Shown here in pieces: positions 14,569-27,428 of a stretch of 64,000 nt of DNA. The notes below the pieces were generated by a model. The model did not search any database, was not told the origin of the DNA, and saw only the letters and a list, made by a program, of their open reading frames with translations. The stretch spans positions 2,046,001 to 2,110,000 of the forward strand of contig JBLDXI010000033.1 in the NCBI GenBank assembly GCA_047495785.1, given 5' to 3'. Within the stretch, counting starts at the first letter, position 1. Each line of letters opens with the position of its first letter. A program made the position numbers and the translations under genes. The DNA comes from Lepidodermella squamata. Taxonomy: Eukaryota > Animalia > Gastrotricha.

Positions 14569-16589
14569 ATGGGGCATTGGAGGCTAACGGTTTTGATCGT
14601 TTCCGCCCTGCTCTCGCCGGTCACGCCGTTCTACGTACCTGGAGTTGCGCCGCAGGTGTTCCACCAGGGTGATTCAGTCGAAGTCAAAGCTGTGAAACTC
14701 ACGTCTAGTCGAACCCAACTTCCGTACGATTACTACTTTCTTCCATTTTGCGCTCCTGCCGACGGAAATATTCAGTATAAAGCTGAGAATCTGGGTGAAA
14801 TTATTAGGGGCGATCGTATCGTTAACACGCCATACACCGTGAAAATGGACACCAACGACGAATGTGCCGTGCTTTGTTCGAAAGATCTGAACAAGGACGA
14901 AGTTAGCGTGTTCCGCCACGCGATCAAATTCGAATATTTCGTGCATCTCCTAGTCGATAACTTGCCATCTGTTACACGGCTTTCGGTCTTGAGTGCAGTC
15001 GAGGGTGACAAAGGAGGTTCGCACGAGCACAGTCATCTTGGCCGCGTCGAGCCTGGATACCGACTTGGCATCGCGGAGCCGGAAGGCAAACGCGTTATTT
15101 TCAACAACCACCTCAAACTGAAGCTCAGATATCACTTGGAAGAGGATAAAACTTACCGAATTGTCGGCTTTGAAACGGAACCTGTTTCCATCGATTGGAC
15201 AAAGGCCGCTGAGCAGCCTGCTAATGGCAAATGTAAACTGCCAGGCACCACCGATAAGGCTCTCATTTTTGAAGAGAAAGACGAGGGTCGTAAGGTGTAC
15301 TTCACTTATTCAGTCTCTTGGGAACCTAGTGATGTGAAATGGGCTTCACGCTGGGACGCCTATCTCGAAATGGCTGATGTCCAAATTCACTGGTTTTCCA
15401 TAATTAACAGCATCGTTGTCGTATTTTTCCTCACTGGCATTATCGCCGTTATTTTCATCCGAGCCCTTCGTCGCGATATTGCCAAGTACAATTTGAAAGA
15501 AGATCTTGAGGAAACACTGGAAGAGTCTGGATGGAAACTAGTCCATGGCGATGTTTTCCGCCCCCCTCGCCGTCCGATTCTCTTCGTTTCATTGATTGGT
15601 GCAGGTGTTCAGTTGATCGGCATGACTGGAGTCACGATTTTCTTCGCTATGCTTGGCATGCTTTCTCCTTCGTCTCGAGGTGCCCTGATGACTGCCCTAA
15701 TTTTCCTTTTCGAGTTCATGGGTCTATTCGCTGGCTATTTCGGCGGCCGCCTGTATCGCACTTTGAAAGGCCAACGGTGGAAGAAGGCTGCTATTGTTAC
15801 CGGAGTTCTGTACCCTAGCATCATCTTTGCCATTGGAATCTTCTTAAATTTCTTGACCATGGGTGAAAAGTCGAGCTCTCAGCTACCTTTTACCACCCTA
15901 TTAGCTCTGTTGTCCCTGTGGTTCGGCATCAGTGTTCCACTGACATTTGCGGGTTATTACTTCGGTTACCGCAAGCAGCCGTATGAACACCCGGTTCGGA
16001 CAAACCAGATTCCCCGCCAAGTCCCCGATCAAAGTTGGTATAACAATGTGCTCATTTCCAGCCTTCTCGCCGGCATTTTGCCGTTCGGTAGCGTTTTCAT
16101 CGAACTGTTCTACATTTTGACCGCGATCTGGGAGAACCAGTACTACTACTTGTTCGGCTTTCTTTTCGTTGTCTTCATCATTCTCATAATCTCAACCGCC
16201 CAAATATCGATCGTCATGGTTTATTTCCAGTTGTGCAATGAGGTAAGAAGAATTTTACGTTAAAGAAGATGTTATTTTACGTGATTTTTTCCTTAGAATT
16301 ATCACTGGTGGTGGCGATCATTCATTGTGAGCGGTGGTCCTGCGATCTACATGTTTGCATATTCATTATTTTACTTTCTCACGAAGGTTTGCTTTTGAAT
16401 TGAATACATTTCAGAATTTAAATTTGATTTTTCATTTAGCTTGAAATCACGACAGTCATTCCGACGATGCTTTATTTTGCCTACACCTTCATCTTCTGCA
16501 TCACGTTTTTCTTGCTAACAGGAACTGTTGGCTTTTATGCTGCCTACGTCTTTGTCATCAAGATTTTCGCAGCCATCAAAATCGACTAG
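14569..16589 (+). CDS. TM9SF4: Transmembrane 9 superfamily (nonaspanin) member 4
   Basis: FYVPGVAP...[22 protein letters not shown]; IHWFSIINS; [16 protein letters not shown]; two 3' introns; ends AAIKID*. Confidence 0.93.
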
Positions 16590-17361
16590 ATCACTTTCTG
16601 CTCCACTGCTTCATATAATATATCTTATCTTTAAAATTGTTGAATTGCCAGGGAATAACGACGAGTAAGGGTATATTATGAAGTTAACCGACATACCTTC
16701 TCTCTCATCTCACTGCGAACTGACGCACTAACAATCTATTGAACGACAGTGATTCCGCTCTGCTCGCCTCGCGTGTGAAGCCTAGTTTTGTTTCAGTTGT
16801 CTTCATTCGTGTTGCTACTGTAAATATAGTTTGATGAAATGTGTAACAAATTCATCTCTGTTCGACGGATTCCGTTATAAGCATGCAGTGGTAGGCCTTT
16901 TAATGGTCATTTAGTAACATTGATAAATCCGCTGATTGTGAATGGGCTTCGTTTCATGTCACCTTGATCTTAACTTATTCCGTTCTTTTTTGGATAATAT
17001 GAAACACTGTCCCCGGGCGAATTAATCTTTGAACGGCTATATCTTGGTTTTGTTGTGGATTACTTCATTCACCGTGACTGACAATAATGCTTAGGATCAA
17101 GTCAATAATAATTATCGTCATTAGCTATTCGACTAATCTTTGACTCTCGGTTCTGGAAGACTTACGATGTCTTGGAAAGATATAAAATATTATATGTATA
17201 CAAAGCCGATGAGACGTGCAAACTGTTTTCTTGTGTTATTTAACATAACTGACGCGAAAAATGCCAAGCACATCAAGTTGAAAATGTATAAAAATTGATA
17301 AAAAAAACCGATTTTTGTTCGTTCTTTAGAGTATTTTTACCAGGGCTAAAATTCTTTGAAA

Positions 17362-18655
17362 ATGAGCCCTTTAATAAGAAGGCTATGCATGGTCACTGTG
17401 CGACGCTGCTTATCCTCTACGCCTGTGAAACCGGCCGCGGAGCCTGAAGTACTATTTGACACAGCTGGCAAAATAGGTTTCATCACCCTGAACAGACCGA
17501 AACAATTGAACGCTTTGACTTTGAACATGGTAAGAATGATGTATCCTCAACTAAGACGATATGAAGCCGATCAAGAAATTGGCGCAATTGTAGTGCGAGG
17601 TGCTGGTGGCGGCCGCGCTTTTTGCGCCGGTTTGTCGATGATCTCTTTTCGATATTAGGAAACAATTGATTTTTTTTAAGGTGGCGATGTCGTTTCAATA
17701 GTGAAATCAGCGAAATCCACTGATCAAACAGTTGCGCATTCCTTTTTCAAAGAGGAATATCTGCTTGATTATGCGACATCAGTTTGTCCCAAGCCGTATG
17801 TTTCAATCATTGATGGTGTTGTTATGGGAGGCGGTTTCGGTATTTCAGTTCACGGAAAATACCGTGTAGCTACCGAGCGGACGGTTTTCGCGATGCCTGA
17901 GACAGCAATTGGCTTGTTCCCAGATGTGGGCGGTGGTTACTTCCTGCCCCGTCTACCTGGTAATCTCGGTGTTTTCCTCGGCCTGACTGGTTTCCGCCTC
18001 AAAGGCTGGGATGTGTATAAGGCTGGTATTGCTACCCATTTTTGCAGAGCTGAGATCCTGCCCGAACTCGAGCGTGTTCTGGCGCGATTATACGAACCTA
18101 GCCACGAATCCGTGGCACGAGTTCTCGAGGATTTCCACACACGGTCCTCGATAGACAAAGAATTCATTTTGCAACCTCACGTCGACAAAATCGCGACAGT
18201 TTTCGACGTGAACGCATCTGTCGAGCAAATCCTCGAAAATCTGCAAACTGAAGGCTCTGAATGGTCGCTTCAGCAAGTAGAGATCCTCCGGAAGGCATCG
18301 CCGACATCACTCAAAATCACCAACAAATTGTTTCAGCATGGCGATAATTTGGAACTAGCTGAGAGTCTTCAAGTCGAATAGTTTGTTTTTGTGGGAATTC
18401 AATCGCTGTATCTCATTTATTTCTTTCAATTCTAGTCGACTGGCTGTAAGATGCTGCGAAGATAACGATTTTGCTGAAGGAGTTCGTGCTGTGTTGATTG
18501 ACAAAGATCAAAAGCCCAAATGGGACCCGCCATCAGTCGAAGAAGTTCTCGGTGAAAAGGTCGATTTCTACTTCTCCCCCTTATCTGCTCCCTTAACGGA
18601 GTGCGAAGTCACAAAAGAATACGAAAAGCCGGTTCTACCAGCTGCAAAGCTTTAA
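17362..18655 (+). CDS. HIBCH: Mitochondrial 3-hydroxyisobutyryl-CoA hydrolase
   Basis: Arg-rich presequence; [12 protein letters not shown]; RAFCAG|GDV; [16 protein letters not shown]; [19 protein letters not shown]; 2 introns. Confidence 0.95.
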
Positions 18656-18783
18656 AAATATTTGCGACACATCAAATGACCTCTTATTTTCTCGATCTTG
18701 TTTAACCAGTGTCTAGCTTTTTCTGAATTCCGATTAAAAATCGTAAATAAACTCATTTTTTCCTGTCGTCTAGAGGTTAATAA

Positions 18784-19210
18784 ATGGCAAATTGGGATTA
18801 CATCTCATTCGGTTATGCCGCCCTGTTGGCTGTGGGTGGTATCATGGGTTATGTCAAGAAAGGTGGGTCCCATTTACTGACACTTCGTGCTTTTCAAGGC
18901 CAACATTGATTCAGGAAGTGTCCCCTCTCTTGCCGCTGGTGTCTCTTTCGGCGCCCTGGCTGCCTTTGGCGCTTATTTGGCATCCAAGGACCCCAATAAC
19001 TACCTCGTTATTGCCGGTGAAAATGTCAAAATTGCATGAAAAATGCGTATTTACACCTAATTTTGCGTAGGTGTTGCCGTGGCAATGAGTGGTGTCATGG
19101 GCTACCGATTTTTCAACTCTGGAAAGTTTATGCCTGCAGGATTGACCCTGCTCCTTAGCTTGGGTATGGTCGCTCGCTTTGGCCAGCGCGCTCTTACCAG
19201 CGGACGTTGA
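18784..19210 (+). CDS. TMEM14: TMEM14-family small membrane protein (TMEM14C-like); 3 exons, not captured by the ORF track
   Basis: Spliced by eye: [26 protein letters not shown]|[21 protein letters not shown]...|[16 protein letters not shown]. Confidence 0.92.
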
Positions 19211-19323
19211 AAACACGCTTTAAATGACATTCTAACTATTTTCGATTCTTTTCGTGACAGCTGATCTTTCTGATTGAAGCTTTAAAGCTATGATTCTTCC
19301 AATTTTAATAGTTTGTTTAATAA

Positions 19324-20589
19324 ATGGCTGAATTGTGCACTGTAATCGTGGGAACTTATGAAAAGCTAATTCTTGGGTATGAATTATCGAAAAACGAAGA
19401 AGATAAATGGGAGTTCAAAATCGTTTTCACGAATAATGCTCATCTCGCGCCCGTTCGATGCTTAGCCATATCGGCATCTCGCGGCATCTTGGCGTCAGCT
19501 GGTTCTGACGAGGCGATTCGTTTGCTGGACCTCAAACGCCGTGTAGAGGTGGGGAGCCTTCCGTTTCACTCGGGATCGATCAACGCCCTACATTTCTACA
19601 AAGCCAGCCATTTGTTCAGCTGTAGCGATGATGGCAAAATGGTGGTTTGGCGGAAACGAGATTGGCGAATGCTGAAAGCCTTCAAACGCCACAAAGGTCA
19701 GCCTGTAAAGGGTGTCGCAGTGCACCCGACGGGCTGTTTGGCGCTCAGTGTGGGCAATGACCGAACGCTACGAACCTGGGATTTGATCGCCGGCAAAAAC
19801 GCCTTCTCCATCAATCTGAAACAAAGTAGGCTAATTTGTTCTTTTTTCAATTCAGCTGGCTAATTGATCATCTTTGTCAGGTGCTGAATCAGTAATGTGG
19901 TCCCCTGAAGGCTCATATTTCGCCGTTGTGTTTGAATCTTGGATCGACATTTATTCAGCTGAGCTAGGTCGGATCTGCGCGTCTTTCCCGGAAGCTGCTC
20001 ACACCAAGGAGTCGAACATCATTTCCCCATCGAAGAAAATCACAACTGCAACTTTTATTTCGGTTTGTGCTTTCTTAACTAAAGGATTAGCTTCTCATTC
20101 GCATTTTATCAGGATGAAGTCATATTGTTCGCTATGGAATCGGGCCTGCTCTACAGTGCGAATTTCGGCAAAGCTGGTACAAAATCTGTAGTGGCCGAAG
20201 TTGAAGCTCACAAATTAAGGTGGGTTGAATTTATTGCATTTCAAAGTTTTCAATTCTGTCTCTTATTTTTTAGAGTTAAAGGCATCGGACTCATTTCCAA
20301 GCCAGTGAATAATCGAGCTTTGATCGTGACGGCAGCGAGTGATGGCGAAATAAAGCTATGGAAGCACAAGTTGCCCCCATCACCTGTTGGCAGCGACACC
20401 TTCGAGTGTCTTGCATCTATCAGGACCGACTTCAGAATCCTATCACTTGCGATTTGGAAGCCTGAAGATTCAGTGCCAACTCCTGAGAAGCCAGCGAAAA
20501 CGGTCAAGGCTGCTTCAAAGAAGAAACAAATATCTGACACCAAGTCGCCGAAGAAAATGAAAAAATCGAACAAGCAACGCTCTGAGTAG
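19324..20589 (+). CDS. PAK1IP1: WD40 ribosome biogenesis factor PAK1IP1/Mak11
   Basis: IVGTYEKLILGY; ASAGSDEAIRLLDLKRRVEVGSL; VHPTGCLALSVGNDRTLRTWDL; Lys-rich tail; 3 introns. Confidence 0.92.
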
Positions 20590-20677
20590 GGAAATTTGTG
20601 CAAAATAAAGTTGAATAATGTTGTTGGTTATCTTGATAGCGTGTTTTACTCTAAATTTTAGTTTATTTTTGTTGTTA

Positions 20678-21373
20678 ATGCAACCAGATAGAAGGTTCGG
20701 CATTCTCATCAGCGGTAAACGAAAATCCGGCAAAGATTTTGTTGCTGATCGGTTGACGCAGTTGATAAGTGACCGTCTGGGCGATGAAAAATCTGTTGTT
20801 CAACTGAGAATTGCGGAGTCGCTCAAAAGACGTTTCGCTGAAATTCATGGCGTCGATGTCGAGAAGCTGATGGGCACATCGGAGTATAAAGACTTACATC
20901 GAGTCAAAATGATTGAGTGGAGCGAGAACGAACGAAGAACCAGTGAGGATCTGTGCCAGTTCTGCCGGGCAGCTGCGAAATCGGCTTTATCTGCCGATAA
21001 AATATCAGCCAAGGTGTGGATTGTGGTCGATTGCCGGCGACATTTTGAAGTCAACTATTTCCTGCTTGATGATTCCGAAGGCAGGCAAATAGGCCGTTTG
21101 AAGGCTGGTGTGGTCACGGTGAGGGTCGAAGCGAGCGTGAAAGTCAGGGAAAGTCGCGGGTGGAAGTTTATCAAAGGTAAACTTTGAAATTCGCCTAAAA
21201 TCAATTCAACTTTTTTTACAGGAGCTGACGATATTGATAGCGAGTGCGGGTTGGACGATTGGCCTAAGTGGGACTTTTTAATTGTGAACGATGATATCGA
21301 TTCAAGCTCTCTCGACAAACAGTTGGCCGCCATTGTCGACCTCGTTCAGTCCAGTTTAATCTCGTCAGAGTGA
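20678..21373 (+). CDS. PMVK: Animal-type phosphomevalonate kinase
   Basis: P-loop ISGKRKSGKDF; YKDLHRVKMIEWSE; WIVVDCRR; RGWKFIK|GADDIDSECGLD; 1 intron. Confidence 0.93.
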
Positions 21374-24300
21374 GCCTAACATCGTGTTTACCTGCTGCCG
21401 CAAAATATCGATTATTCATCTCATATTTCTAATTATTTTGATAACACGCCAATAAAGTGACTGCCAACACCATCTTCGTTTTGTTTTGTTTTATACGGTC
21501 AATTAAAATTAACGATTTGTGCACACGCTCGTCAGCTCGTGTGTGCGGGTGTACGTACATGCCTTTTACCGCCTCAGTTCAAGTGCAAGTACAGCTTTTT
21601 CTGCAGTTTCGATCTTTTACGCCTCATAATGTGAGTGTGTGCTCAACGTCACTTATCGTTCTGCATGCGAGGTGCGAAAAAGATAAGTTTCAGGAATTTG
21701 TATTGATTCAGCTATTTCAGCTGCTGAACATGTCATCTTTCGTATATTTCACTCGCTCTGTGCCCGAGAGCTTCTGATATTATGGGGAAATATTTATTCG
21801 AGAAATTGTGTTCATAATTCGTAAACATGCGGGCCGCAATAATCCTATACCACATCGCCGCATCTTGTCGGCGGCAAAGCGCGCCCTAAAAATTGTCAAC
21901 TGCGATGAAGCGAGCATATCCTCTGCGGGAAATAATAATTTTTTAATAAAAATCACGTAGTAATAATAAATGAGGCGAGCGCATCACCAACAGTATATAA
22001 GGACCAACGTCCGCTATATTAATGTCCGCCTTATAAGCTCTCTCGCCTCGTAATATCCTCGACTCAATATTGCCAACCAATCAATAAATTTATGGCTGTT
22101 GTAGATAATTTCTACGTGGATACAATCGCGCTTCAGAAGCGACACTGTTAATTTTACATATTTTTAACTCATGTGCGACTATCTTGCACTGAAAAATTAA
22201 CGCGCCAGTGCCCAAATTGTGACAGCATTTTCCACTCATGGTCGAGCCGAGTTGTTTACAGCTTTAGACGCAGCCGTAGGATTTTGACTATACCATCGGC
22301 TTGGCCGAAATCCGAAACGACACATAGCGAAAAATCGTAGCACTCGGGACATGTTGTTCCATGATTGACATTCAACGCTTGTTTGATCAGACTGTTTGTC
22401 TATCAAAAATTGAAAGCAAACAATAATGTCGCAACCGTAATGAGCCTATAAGCGCAAAAATAAGTTTAATTCGGCCTGAAACATAGCATGTTAATATGTA
22501 TTTTGGCCCTTGCCTGTTGGCATGCCAACTGTGATTGTAGCCCATGCGCGCCTGATCTTTATACTACGGCTGAGCCCATTCTCTGCTATTCAGGATTAAG
22601 CCTATTATTTGTATTTCGCCTCTTGATATATCGGTCGCTTGAAGAAAAAATGCGCGCGTATGCGTGTTTATACATGTTGCAATAACAACTAGGGCGTATT
22701 TATTATTTTTTAAACGAGAATGCCTCCCTGTTCAGTGATGTATGATTCACGCTCGCAGCCTCGCCTGATACTACCTTTATTGACTCGGAACACGCTCTCG
22801 TAACGCGTGATTCCCGTATCTAATACCTACGCAATAATAGGTATTCTCTTGTGAGCTCATCCACCCATGGAGCCAAGGTAGGAAGGGCCCGGATATCATG
22901 GTATGAGAAAATCAAAACCGAGTCGATAACTTATTAAGACAACACCAATAATAAGCCGTCGAAATACTGCCGAGAGCCAATTATTATGTTATACGACGTT
23001 GTAAGCTTTGCATATTTCATGCCAGTAGTTGGCCGATGAACCTCAAGAATCGCTGTAAGATAATCGTTAACTTGAGAAAAAATACTATTAACGCTCCTCC
23101 ATTGTAAGCCGATTTTGTTATTGTTTTTCCCTTTCCATTGTGTGCTCCTTTTCTTTCCGTTGCAAAACCCCTGCATAATTTAGAAAACATGTAAAACATC
23201 TTATAAGCTACTTCCGGCTTGCTACTCCTCCATATCCAGCTGAAGCATAGCATCATCATGCCTTTCATGACAGTGGGAAGCGATGCGCGAGTAAAAGTTG
23301 TTCCACAAGAATATTTCACACAGACAAAAAATTAGCCGTAGCAGTTCTGGATGAGAGCCGAATTCGAATGATTACTCTATGAATTGCTTTGATACGCTTT
23401 TTTACCTGCATAATAATTATGTGGCACGTTACGTTAAACTTTTCAGTTTCCGCCCTACACTATTACACTATTACATTGATTACCTTTATAGCTTGTGGTC
23501 TTATATATTACTAATTATAGTGCGAGTTAGCAGGGTTCTTTTCTTCGCCCTGAAGAAAGGAACCCACTCCAAGCCATACAGAATTTCCAACCCTCATGTT
23601 CGATCAGAATTGCGCTTTCTCGCTTCCTGAACATGTCAGCCACTCATCTTTTAGTGCCTACTCTTGCTAGCTTACCTTTTTCAGATTACATCATAATCCG
23701 GGCTTAGATGTATTTATAATTTGAAGATATTTTGCGACGTAAAAATTAGCAAACATTTTTCCGGAAACGACTCGCCTTCAGTAATTCATTTCCCTTTTTC
23801 TCACCCCACCTTCCTGTGACCTTGTTTAGCGAAATTAATTTTCTACAAGAACCAATCTCACTATACTCATTTTTTACCACCTGCTGGTTTGCGTATTTTC
23901 AGTAATTAAAGACGGTATAACCGTTCAACCTGGCACATTTCTGGCTCGGTGCCCCATTGGATGAGTGCTAGTAAATCTGTGGATCGCATTCAAGTTGCCA
24001 TAGAGAAAAAAATCGCTACATTTATTTCCGCAATGTTTGCTCACCCACCGTATTTCGCTGCAACGGACACCAGGCCATGCTTCCTGTCGCGTCATCGAAC
24101 CCTGCTACGATCTGCCGCGTTTTTTGCAGATAGAGCGCTCAGATTAATGCGTAAATTATACAAGTAGCGACAAGTAGCGCGTGTATATTGCCATGGCAAT
24201 ATATGCGATTTAGCTTATATTGTATTTTAGCGCTGCTATTATTGAGCGCTTCGTTCTTCGTCTGCTCTTCTAATATCGATTTAACTGCGGATCAGACTCG

Positions 24301-25718
24301 TCGCGTAGCCGACGCTAGCCTCGCTGTTTGTTGTACAAGCATTTTTACCTTTTCCTCGTCGCACGCTCGCCATCCACATTCGCATCCGCACCCCTATAAC
24401 ATTATTTCGTATAATATCGCGTAATACTTATTATTATACTGTGCACTTAATGCGTAAATGTGCATCAAATTTATATACGAAAAATCGGCGATAGTTGCGA
24501 CCGAAAATAATCACGCTGTAATGCCACACTCTGCTGCTACCTACTACACGCACATGTGTCAGCAAAATAGGTACTCTACTACACGTTGAATTATTAGTAT
24601 TTATAAGATTTTACATTCTCACCTCTTCTGTTATGACCGACTCAGCGGGCTTTTGTTACGAGCCCATACTTGTCGAAATTTTCTGATTTTAGCAGCAATT
24701 GCTTACTTTTAGCCTTTTGCGGCGAGTTTACTTCATTTGCTTCATGTTGGCGACACTGATATCCCATTGTAAGCCATACCTATCCTTTAGCTTTCGGATT
24801 TTTCGAAAAATTTCAAAAAAAGTCACAAAATATGTTCTCAAGACTGGGGGGATTTTGCTGAAGGATTTTAATGCTAGCTAGTAAATTTATCTTCAGATTA
24901 TCAAGTTTTCGAAATTAAAAAACTCATGATACCGATAGTGGTACAGAAATTTATCGCGAATGATTAAGTTTCTCAAGAAGCTGCGATAATAAGTTTACTG
25001 CTCGACGCAAATGAATGTAGAAGTCGCACGTGTAGAGAGGAGCAGGATGTGCCTCGCTGTAGCGTGCCTTGATCGGTTCGATTTTATTATTTTTTTCGAA
25101 ATATTACATCGTCGCCACACAACTTGCCCCACGCCCTCTAGTCGCGCATCGGAGCGGCATGTGAGTTGATAAACACATTGTCACGTTGGCTGCCGATCGA
25201 CCGACCGGTCGCAACTTACTACTCTGGCTAAAACTACTGAATACTGCATAGCTATATATACTTATATAATGCAGTATTCAATATACGTATGACTGACTGC
25301 GTACAAATGCTATACATTTGACTGAAGGAAACAGTGCCAGGGTGTCAACTATTGCACTTTTTTACAATCACTGATAATGTATTTTCATATAGTATAATGT
25401 AGGAATAGGCGAACAATCACTCCGCTGGATGCGCCGCTGCTAGGCTTTATATTTCGACATGATAGCATGTGCTGTGGCAACTTTCCATTGGAATCATGCC
25501 GATAAATGGTGAGATTTATCATTAAATATTCACATGACAACTTGTCATGGCATCTGCTGCAGCTGAGGTGTATAGGATCGAAAAATCTAGTCACGTTGCA
25601 TAAGACCTCCCAATTTTACGCATGTTTTTTAAATGTTGAGAATTATCGATTGCACCTGTATTCTCTTTTCGATTTTTATAGATTGCATCTCATTTTATTT
25701 TTAATATAATTAATAAAG

Positions 25719-26391
25719 ATGGGCAACAAGAAAAGTCGGCTGCCTCCCAATGCGCTGAAAGACCTCGTCAGCGAAACCATGTTTTCCGAACAAGAAATTA
25801 AGGAATGGTACAAAGGATTCATGCGTGATTGTCCCAGCGGAAAGCTAACAGAGGATGAGTTCAGAAAAATTTACTGCGAGCTATTTCCGACGGGCGATGC
25901 AAGTGCTTTCGCAAGCCACGTATTTAGAACTTTCGACAAAAATCACGATGGAACACTCGATTTTCGGGAATTTATTTGCGCCTTGTCCGTCACAAGCCGA
26001 GGTGACCTTGAACAAAAGCTTAGCTGGATCTATTCCATGTACGACTTGGATCGCAACGGGTCAATTAGCAAGAATGAAATGCTCGAAATTATGACTGTAA
26101 GTTTCGCCAAAAGTTGTTTCTGACCTTCTCGTGACACATATTTAATTGTAGGCCATTTACAAAATGGTTGGTCCAGAAATGCCTCTTCCTGATGATGAAT
26201 CGACTCCTGAGAAAAGGACGGCCAAATTGTTTGGACAAATGGACGTCAATCATGATAACACAGTTTCCTATGATGAATTTGTTGCTGCAATCCGTAATGA
26301 CCCGGATCTTGTAAGGCTCATATCCGGCTCGGACATCACAACAAATCCTCCAACTGGTCAAGCAGCGGAAAATGCCACGGGAGCTTATTAA
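25719..26391 (+). CDS. Neuronal calcium sensor, hippocalcin/neurocalcin-like (myristoylation motif, EF hands)
   Basis: MGNKKSRL; [13 protein letters not shown]; [22 protein letters not shown]; [14 protein letters not shown]; DESTPEKRT; intron at about 26097-26151. Confidence 0.92.
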
Positions 26392-27106
26392 CAAAATATT
26401 GTGTCATCTATTATTGTCATAAATGTTACATAATATTTATATAATATATCATAAACGATGAGGCTATTATATATATAATTCAAATTTTGCGTGTTTTAAA
26501 ATTCGTCGGCGAGAAATATTCTTTTTATGGCAAAAAATGTCGTGAATATACAAATTGCGGTGATGAGTTTCTGTCTCGCTTCTCAACAAATTATTTATTT
26601 CTCGAAAATTTTCGAGGTGTTTCGCTCGAATCGTTATAACCCAATGTTTATGTTCACTTTAGAGACACCATTAAGTGTGCCAAAGAAATGAAAATTAATA
26701 TTAAGGTAAATTAACAATTTTATCTGCAAAGGTAAAGAAACATTACTCTATCTAGTGGAAAACGCGTTTAAATCTTGGTTTTTGAGGCATCAATCGTCGG
26801 ATAAAGTGCAAAGAAACTGCCCGCTCACTTGCATCGGCCTGAAATCTGAATTTTATTCAACTGTGTAAAGGTCTATCAGTCTTATTACTTAAACATGGTT
26901 CGAAATATATATTCGAAGTTCAAGTCGTGAAAATAAAATAAAGATCGCCTTTCCGTTGGTTCTTCTGTTGTGTTTGGTATATGCAGGCCTCTATAGGAAG
27001 ACCGCAGGACAGCGTGGGTCGTCGGGCAATCATCTTCAAGTTGCCCCTCGGCATCAAGAATTTTTACAGAAGACTTCTTATCTATGGTTTTAATAATAAA
27101 TTAATA

Positions 27107-27428
27107 TGGTAATGGTAAATGGATTCATTTTGAGACGTCCCATTCGTTGAATGGATGGGCCGAAGCCATGGGTCCTAAATGAGCGCTCTTAGGGTCGCTT
27201 GTTGGGGTATCTTCAGTCGGACAGCTAGGTAGCGATTAGTGCAGTCTCGCTGACACTCCTAATCTACCACTTTTCACTTTTGTAACACGATGGAGTGGTC
27301 GGCCACCGTCGGGGTAGAGCGTCATTGATGAATCACGGCCGACCCGGGTGGGGATCGAACTCGTGGCCATCGATCTTGACGCTCAATGCACAGCAGACAT
27401 TGATCCACTGAACTACTGTGTGCCCCTA
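27107..27428 (-). mobile_element. tRNA-derived SINE, full length, with 17-bp target site duplication
   Basis: Minus-strand head GGGGCACACAGTAGTTCAGTGG (A box) ... GAGTTCGATCCC (B box); 3' tail CCATTTACCATTACCA; identical direct repeat TTAATAATAAATTAATA at 27090-27106 and 27429-27445. Confidence 0.85.

Noticed and set aside
21561-21570. GCCTTTTAC, the U5 snRNA loop I sequence
   Set aside because: No closing stem and no Sm site in the expected place.
25318-25372. miR-92-like start (TATTGCACTT) in a weak hairpin
   Set aside because: Continues as poly-T with poor pairing, unlike the family's mature sequence.
27340-27428. Possible tRNA gene
   Set aside because: No proper cloverleaf; it is the head of a TSD-flanked SINE.
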